Assembly: GCA_964445815.1 (NCBI GenBank)
Contig: CAYULW010000002.1
Span: 27,941-91,940 of the forward strand
Reading direction: 5' to 3'
Length of the DNA stretch: 64,000 bases
From: an uncultured Flavobacteriales bacterium
GTDB taxonomy: Bacteria > Bacteroidota > Bacteroidia > Flavobacteriales_E > Vicingaceae
Part shown: piece by piece, positions 58,151 to 64,000 of the stretch
Layout of the letters: each line of letters starts with the position of its first letter
Numbering within the stretch: the stretch's first letter is position 1
The notes under the pieces: generated by a model
Told to the model about the DNA's origin: nothing
Database searches by the model: none
The model's input: the letters and a program-made list of their open reading frames with translations, nothing else
Translations under genes and position numbers: made by a program

Positions 58151-60383
58151 TTAAGAGTTGTTTGAGTTTGTGTTCTGTCTGCTTATTGCCTTCCAAAGAT
58201 ACACTTTCATAAATCTGTTTTTTCTCTTTTGAGGTCAAATGCCAGCTCAAAGAGATGTATTCCTCTCCACTTTTATTGAGCTCATAATCCAAAACATGAA
58301 CCTCTCCCTTATAGAACGATTGCAGGTAAATGAGCAGTTCTTCATTTTGAAAGTCTTGAATTTGGAAAAGATTCCCGTATAAACTCCCAAGGGGAGATAA
58401 CAGCTCTGAAGCCAGACTTTGTTTATGCTTTCTTTTTCGACTGGCCATTACCTCTTTGTCTCTGATTTGTAAAATAATCAGTCCGGCGGTGTTTTCCTCC
58501 AGCCAATCTTTCATCTCAAATACATAGCGAGAAATGGTTTTAATGCCGTAATTGTCTCTCAGTCCGCTATCAAATAACTCCATTTTTGGTTCGGTAGGCA
58601 AACTAACAGTGGGTAAGATGTATGGGAAAGAAGAGTTGCTTCTCAATATACTTAAGTAGCTGGTAGCAAGCGCATCTTCTTTACCGAAGAGAAAATGAAA
58701 ATCTAAGTTTTCTTTGTTTTTAGCTGTTTGAATACCGGAGTTTGACAAATAAGAAAGCCCCATGGATGAAATTAACAGGCGTCTCCCGTCTTCAACTGCT
58801 GAAGGAGTAAATACCATCATTGGAATTTGTCCATTTTCTACAGGTGTTTGATAATGACCAAGTGTATGGTCAAGAATGCCGTTGCTTATTTTATTCAGTT
58901 CGTTTTCGAAAGCATAACCTCGATCCTTCCAATAGCGCTCTCCTTTAATTTCAAAGCTTTTGGTCTTAACGAGCATGTCATTCACCACTAAGTTGAAAAA
59001 CACGCGATTGAGCATGTCTTTTTCCATGTTTTGATAGGCTCCGGGATGAATGGTTTTGTTGCTTTGCATTGCATTCAGCTTTAAGGCTCGGTAATAAGCC
59101 GCTCCGATCATTCCTCCAGAAGAACCGGTTTTGAGTATGCATTGGTCATACAATTGTCCTTTGGTCAAGCTATCAAGTCGCTGTAATGCATAAGCAGACC
59201 ATAACATGGCTCTTGAACCACCACCGCTATTGGCCACAATAACTGCATAAGGTTTGGGCTTATTTGTATTTAAGCGCCAATTGTGCAGTCGTTTAAATTC
59301 TTCCTTCTTGTCCCTTAAAATGCTCTTTTCCAGATTCTTGTTTACCTCTTTTAAATCACAAACATTATCATATTGGAGGCCATACAATTTATTGACATAA
59401 TAGAAGTGATCGTATTTACTCAATTCATTAATGATAAAAAACAAAGCGATGATGGTCATCAATGTCCATCCTCTCAGCCATGATCTGAGGGCACTACTTG
59501 CCATTAAAATCATGGTAATGAGCAGGAGTACGGTAGCTGCAGCAGGAATAATGAAATAATCAATTTCCCTAAAAATACCAAGTAAGGCAATGGAGATGAC
59601 TGTCGCAATTTCAAAAAAGGAGGCATTGACATGGTTTTGTCTAAAGACAGCAGAAAGCATGTCGAAATCATAATGACTAAAAGGACGGGTGTTTTTAATC
59701 TTGAATTGACTTCCTATATAAGAATCAACCCTCCAAGACTTTTCATTACGCCGCTTTGAAAACCAGTTGCTTTCTTTTTTATGAAGTAACAATCGTGCAG
59801 GCTCATCACCATCGGTGTCGGAACTGACCACTTTAGTGATGTCTTTACCAAAGAGTTTTTCGAGGTCTTTGTTAGTCGCCATAAAATAGGCCAGAGACAA
59901 TGAAATGAAGGTCATATAACCGAATAAATAGCCCATCATTCTCAAGCAGACTTCAAGAAGATCAAACGATTCATTTTGTAACAAGAAGGATCCGGTGACC
60001 CATACGTAAGAGATGAGGTAGGAGAGAGGAATCAATGAGTTGTTGATGCAGTATTTTAAAAAAGGCTTGGATAAGGTGGCCAAAAAAGGAAACCGGAAGC
60101 CATTCATAATATAACTGGAGATGTTAAAAGCCATCACAAAACCACCAAAGGCAAAGCCCAGTATAAGATAGCTCCATAAGCTTAGTTGACCAAGATACTC
60201 AGGCTCTATAAAAAGCAAAGGGATACCGTATTTATTGCCAATTTGCCCAAAGAGTACCAGAAACAGAAACAACCAGAAGAGTAGTAATTGCTGGTTCTTC
60301 TTCAAGTGAACAAAAAGCAATTGAACCGGAAAAAAGTAGACCATCTTCTGAAAAAAGCTACGATGTGATGGTCTTTTAGGCAT
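58128..60383 (-). CDS. patatin-like phospholipase with ~330-aa N-terminal polytopic membrane domain
   Basis: 751 aa. About 8 TM helices, then VIVANSGGGSRAMLW (oxyanion GGGxR) and TGSSGGMIGAAYY (GxSxG nucleophile). Starts 2 bp after the ftcD stop. Confidence 0.7.
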   Translation of the reverse strand: MPKRPSHRSFFQKMVYFFPVQLLFVHLKKNQQLLLFWLFLFLVLFGQIGNKYGIPLLFIEPEYLGQLSLWSYLILGFAFGGFVMAFNISSYIMNGFRFPFLATLSKPFLKYCINNSLIPLSYLISYVWVTGSFLLQNESFDLLEVCLRMMGYLFGYMTFISLSLAYFMATNKDLEKLFGKDITKVVSSDTDGDEPARLLLHKKESNWFSKRRNEKSWRVDSYIGSQFKIKNTRPFSHYDFDMLSAVFRQNHVNASFFEIATVISIALLGIFREIDYFIIPAAATVLLLITMILMASSALRSWLRGWTLMTIIALFFIINELSKYDHFYYVNKLYGLQYDNVCDLKEVNKNLEKSILRDKKEEFKRLHNWRLNTNKPKPYAVIVANSGGGSRAMLWSAYALQRLDSLTKGQLYDQCILKTGSSGGMIGAAYYRALKLNAMQSNKTIHPGAYQNMEKDMLNRVFFNLVVNDMLVKTKSFEIKGERYWKDRGYAFENELNKISNGILDHTLGHYQTPVENGQIPMMVFTPSAVEDGRRLLISSMGLSYLSNSGIQTAKNKENLDFHFLFGKEDALATSYLSILRSNSSFPYILPTVSLPTEPKMELFDSGLRDNYGIKTISRYVFEMKDWLEENTAGLIILQIRDKEVMASRKRKHKQSLASELLSPLGSLYGNLFQIQDFQNEELLIYLQSFYKGEVHVLDYELNKSGEEYISLSWHLTSKEKKQIYESVSLEGNKQTEHKLKQLLNENSIQH

Positions 60384-60385
60384 AT

Positions 60386-61390
60386 TTATTCTTTTTGAAA
60401 GAGAACGTATTCTAGTATACGTTTATTAGGGTCGAAAGGTACAAGATAATTTAATCCAAGTCCTTTAATAGAAGACTCTATTTTCTCCTTTTCAGTTGCC
60501 CCTTTTTGCTGATTATAATATTCTCCAGCAGCTAGAATGGCTTCTTTAGGTATCAAGCCGATCAATTCAGACCCTCTTGTTTCTGTTTGGTATTTAGTGG
60601 CGATTTTTTTAGTATTCTCAAACACTTCGTGAATAGGAGCTTGTTTATAGTCCGTTATATTAATCGAGACTTGAGCCATCTCGAATTCGGGAATGTACCA
60701 CCCAATAGCCTTTACATGTGGCATTAGCCCTTTTTGATAAACGGTCCTTCCATCTTTCTTTCCAACAGGTCGACCAAGTGCTCTAAGGTCATAGGCAATC
60801 TCTTTGGCAATTTCAACATCCTTAGTATTCAGGTTGATGTTATAGGCGACCAAGAAATTTCTGGCTCCGCAAACCATTCCTCCGAATTTTGGATTAAAGC
60901 TTTGTCCAAAATCCGGTTGAGCTAAGCCTTTTTGCATTCGATTTTCCAAAGCTTCGTAATTGCCAATGCGATGTTTAGCAAGGTTTCGCCTTTCTTCAGA
61001 TGTGGCAGAAGCTTCGTATAAAAAAACCGGAAAACCAAAGGTGTGAGCTACTCGTTCGGCAAAACGAAGGGTGTGAGGAATAAGTTCCTCCAGTGTAATA
61101 CCGGAAACAGGGACGAATGGACAAACATCACAGGCACCAATTCTCGGGTGCTCGCCTTTGTGTTGGCGCATGTCTATCAATTGATCGGCGACTTGGATGG
61201 CCTTAAACGCCGCTTCAAAAACGGCGTCTAATTCCCCCGCAAAGGTATACACTGTGCGATGTGCTGAAAAACCGGAATCTTGATGCAACAGTTTGACTTC
61301 GGGCGTTGAACGTATAGACTCAGCAATGACTTCAATGACTTTTGGGTCTTGACCTTCACTAAAATTGGGTACACATTCAATAATGGGCAT
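60386..61390 (-). CDS. ftcD: glutamate formimidoyltransferase
   Basis: 334 aa. MPIIECVPNFSEGQD is the characteristic N-terminus of the FtcD formiminotransferase domain. Confidence 0.85.
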   Translation of the reverse strand: MPIIECVPNFSEGQDPKVIEVIAESIRSTPEVKLLHQDSGFSAHRTVYTFAGELDAVFEAAFKAIQVADQLIDMRQHKGEHPRIGACDVCPFVPVSGITLEELIPHTLRFAERVAHTFGFPVFLYEASATSEERRNLAKHRIGNYEALENRMQKGLAQPDFGQSFNPKFGGMVCGARNFLVAYNINLNTKDVEIAKEIAYDLRALGRPVGKKDGRTVYQKGLMPHVKAIGWYIPEFEMAQVSINITDYKQAPIHEVFENTKKIATKYQTETRGSELIGLIPKEAILAAGEYYNQQKGATEKEKIESSIKGLGLNYLVPFDPNKRILEYVLFQKE

Positions 61391-61398
61391 AATAAATA

Positions 61399-62394
61399 TT
61401 AATCTACGCTGAGGTAGCCTTTTGCAAAATCGGTGACTAAATAAGAGAGGAGTTTACCAACTTGTTCTTCAGAGCCCTCAACCAAGCGAGGAGCAGCCTC
61501 CGGTAAATGCAGGTAGACAACTTGTTCAGATCGAGCCATTTGATAAACATACTGTCGAGCCTCGTTTGCACTAATTCCTGAAGGGCTTTGAGCAGAGCTC
61601 GGTACATCTTGTATGCTATCCATGTCTAATTCTATACCATAAAAAGAGTTGCTTACCGTCTTTAGGCTTAATGCAATGGCCTTTTCAAAGTCGATTTCCT
61701 TTTTCAAAAAGATGGATTCAAAACTGATGTGTTTGACACCATCATGAGCCATTCGATCCAACATGTCTTGACTGTTGTAATTTTCATGCAGGCCTAAAAC
61801 CATGTATTCACCAAGAAAGCCTTCTTCTCTGGCATAACTGAAGCCATTTCCTGAATGTCTACCCTCCAAGGCACGATAATCCGCATGTGGGTCTAAGTTA
61901 CAGGCATTAATGGCTTTTTTAGACACCATACTGCACCCTTTTAACAGACCATATGCATTATTGTGTCCGCCTCCAATCAGGATCGGAATCTTTCCTGTCT
62001 GCCTGATCATTTCAACCACTTCACTTACTTTTTCATCGATATTGGATACGGCCTTTCTCAACTTGTTCAAATCAGTGCTGCCTTGTCCTTCTAAATCTTT
62101 GACATCCAACTTTCCAAGTACGATAAATTGATTACCGGGTAACCGACGGCTGTGCTGAACATTCAAGAACTTCGATAAAAAAGCTTCCCAAGCCGAATCG
62201 GCACCGCCTTTGCCGCAATTGGCTCTTGGACCCACATCTTCTGCTACGCCGAAAACAACAAAGGGGGCGGGACATTGTTTTAGGTCATCAATCACTTCAA
62301 ATCCGGCAAACACCTGCTCACCCAATTTGGTTTCACCTTCTCTCCGTGAAACGCGTTTTATGAGATCATCTGTATGGTAGAGGTGGAATTGCAT
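61399..62394 (-). CDS. hutG: arginase-family hydrolase, formimidoylglutamase (HutG)-like
   Basis: 331 aa. Arginase-family metal-binding motifs LIGGGHNNAYG, NLDPHADYR, GIELDMDSIQD. Embedded in the hut gene string. Confidence 0.6.
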   Translation of the reverse strand: MQFHLYHTDDLIKRVSRREGETKLGEQVFAGFEVIDDLKQCPAPFVVFGVAEDVGPRANCGKGGADSAWEAFLSKFLNVQHSRRLPGNQFIVLGKLDVKDLEGQGSTDLNKLRKAVSNIDEKVSEVVEMIRQTGKIPILIGGGHNNAYGLLKGCSMVSKKAINACNLDPHADYRALEGRHSGNGFSYAREEGFLGEYMVLGLHENYNSQDMLDRMAHDGVKHISFESIFLKKEIDFEKAIALSLKTVSNSFYGIELDMDSIQDVPSSAQSPSGISANEARQYVYQMARSEQVVYLHLPEAAPRLVEGSEEQVGKLLSYLVTDFAKGYLSVD

Positions 62395-62395
62395 G

Positions 62396-63622
62396 TTAAT
62401 GTATTTTACCGTTTAAGATCACTTGATCGATATGGTCTTGCCCAAAAGAATAGGGTATAAAGCCTACACTTGGAATCTCCTTTGTAATAATTAGGTTGGC
62501 CCTTTTACCTTTGGTGATACTGCCCATTTCTTGCTCCAATTCAAGCGCAAATGCCGCATTTATTGTTGCCGCATTAATGGCTTCCTCCGGCGTCATTTTT
62601 AGCTTGATACAAGCCAAAGAAATGACAAAACCCATTCTTCCGCTTGGTGTTGAACCCGGATTATAATCTGAGGCTAAAGCAACAGGAATACCTGCATCAA
62701 TTATTTTTCTTGCGGGTTGATAAGGATCGTTTAAAAAGAAAGGAGCTGTTGGCAGAAGCGTAGCAATCGTATTGCTGTTTTTTAAGACTTCTATTTCAGC
62801 ATCATTGATCACCTCTAGATGATCTACTGAAAGGGCATTGTGTTTGACGCTCACCTCAATTCCTCCCATGCAATTGAATTGATTGGTATGGATTTTTGGC
62901 TTTAAACCATGCTGAACACCGGCTGCAATAATGCGATCTGTTTCTTCAGCAGAAAAGGCCACTTTTTCACAAAAGGCATCAATATAATTCGCTAAACCTT
63001 CACTTTTTATAATCGGAAGCATTTGATTGATAATCAAATTGATATACTCTTCATGATTTGATTTGTATTTGTTAGGGTAAAAGTGGGCGCCAAGGAAACT
63101 TGCCTTGATTGGGATTGGGCTGTCTTGCTTTAAAGCTTGAATCACTTTTAGCATTTTCAATTCGCCCTCAAGACTCAAACCATAACCGCTTTTAATCTCT
63201 ATGGCACCGGTTCCCATTTTGATCACATCTGCCAATCGCTGTTTTGCATCCTTGAGCAAAGTGTCAAAATCTGTACGGTTCAATTTTTCAGCAGAATTCA
63301 AAATGCCACCTCCGGCTTCAGCAATTTCTTCGTAAGTCTTTCCATGTAAGCGCATCACAAACTCTTCTTCACGACTGGCAGCAAATACTAAATGGGTATG
63401 GGAATCTACAAAAGAAGGAAGCACCAGTTTTCCACTGCAATCGATCGTTTCACCTTCATAATCAGGAAGGTCTTGCATAGAGCCAAAATCATAAATACGG
63501 TCATTTTCTATCCTTAGCCAGGCATTGTCTATACAAGGCAAGTCTTTCAAAGCAGTTCCTTTGATCGGTTCATTCAGATCTTCTCGCACCTGAACCAGTT
63601 GTTTGATGTTTTTTAATAACAT
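62396..63622 (-). CDS. hutI: imidazolonepropionase
   Basis: 408 aa. Amidohydrolase motifs SFVDSHTHLVFAASREEEF, ...KASFLGAHFYP..., ...LASDYNPGSTP. Confidence 0.9.
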   Translation of the reverse strand: MLLKNIKQLVQVREDLNEPIKGTALKDLPCIDNAWLRIENDRIYDFGSMQDLPDYEGETIDCSGKLVLPSFVDSHTHLVFAASREEEFVMRLHGKTYEEIAEAGGGILNSAEKLNRTDFDTLLKDAKQRLADVIKMGTGAIEIKSGYGLSLEGELKMLKVIQALKQDSPIPIKASFLGAHFYPNKYKSNHEEYINLIINQMLPIIKSEGLANYIDAFCEKVAFSAEETDRIIAAGVQHGLKPKIHTNQFNCMGGIEVSVKHNALSVDHLEVINDAEIEVLKNSNTIATLLPTAPFFLNDPYQPARKIIDAGIPVALASDYNPGSTPSGRMGFVISLACIKLKMTPEEAINAATINAAFALELEQEMGSITKGKRANLIITKEIPSVGFIPYSFGQDHIDQVILNGKIH

Positions 63623-63708
63623 ACTTCTCTTCCTTTCTGCAAAGTAATTAAAATCAAAAGGATTGATATTAATTCTATTTGCTAATCCTAAAAAGTTATT
63701 TTTGTTTT

Positions 63709-64000
63709 ATGGCAGGAAATAGCTTTGGGAAAGCCTTTGTTTTAACCACATTTGGAGAATCGCACGGAGAAGCTATTGGTGGAATTATTGATGGCTGTCC
63801 TTCGGGCTTAGAGTTGGATCATGACTACATTCAGCTTCAGATGGACAGGCGTCGACCCGGGCAATCGAACATTACGACACAACGTTCAGAAGCAGATCAG
63901 GTGCAGTTTCTGTCCGGTATATTTGAAGGCAAGACAACAGGTGCGCCTATTGGTTTTCTCATTCAAAACAAAGATGCCAAATCCAAAGACTACGATCATC
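63709..64000 (+). CDS. aroC: chorismate synthase (N-terminal part; continues beyond window)
   Basis: My translation from ATG 63709: [87 protein letters not shown]... This is the canonical AroC N-terminus. Confidence 0.9.
   Translation, partial: MAGNSFGKAFVLTTFGESHGEAIGGIIDGCPSGLELDHDYIQLQMDRRRPGQSNITTQRSEADQVQFLSGIFEGKTTGAPIGFLIQNKDAKSKDYDH

Noticed and set aside
1-64000. CRISPR arrays, integrases, transposases, phage structural genes
   Set aside because: I saw no regularly spaced direct-repeat arrays and no ORF with recognisable tyrosine/serine recombinase, DDE transposase or phage hallmark motifs. The accessory block therefore lacks obvious mobility genes.

Overview
This window reads as a 64-kb chromosomal segment from a low-GC member of the Bacteroidota (Flavobacteriia/Cytophagia-like). 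The phylum call rests on five proteins ending in T9SS C-terminal sorting domains, Bacteroidota-typical DUFs (DUF2911, DUF4199, DUF3857/transglutaminase, 7TM-DISM), and the apparent absence of strong Shine-Dalgarno sites. About 65 coding genes are densely packed and mostly on the minus strand. Recognisable housekeeping genes include a split transketolase, a class-III aminotransferase, ychF, msrA, the flotillin/NfeD pair, an SOS-response peptidase, hutI-hutG-ftcD, aroC (partial), a cold-shock protein, and a small SRP RNA that I believe is unannotated. Positions ~16.8-31.2 kb form an accessory-looking block read entirely on the minus strand. It encodes small secreted or membrane proteins of unknown function, eukaryote-like LRR and ankyrin proteins, a CPBP intramembrane protease, GNATs, DUF1330 and an AraC regulator. 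The most unusual signal is inside that block: a ~205-bp element with imperfect terminal inverted repeats and internal stem potential occurs twice (21941-22145 and 30331-30536, about 85% identical). Each copy fills the intercistronic gap between two unrelated hypothetical genes. Each time, a 20-bp perfect palindrome ATAAACGGAATTCCGTTTAT sits 30-35 bp upstream of the first gene of the pair. The non-coding architecture (palindrome - gene A - element - gene B) is therefore conserved while the flanking proteins are not. Other points are listed in the findings: recently homogenised T9SS sorting-domain DNA in adjacent paralogs; a 49-aa DUF5989-like ORF missed by the 60-aa ORF cut-off; a transketolase operon interrupted by a vWA gene; a membrane-anchored patatin-like phospholipase tightly coupled to the hut operon; and a tandem direct repeat in front of a GIY-YIG gene. 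I saw no CRISPR array, integrase, transposase or phage genes.
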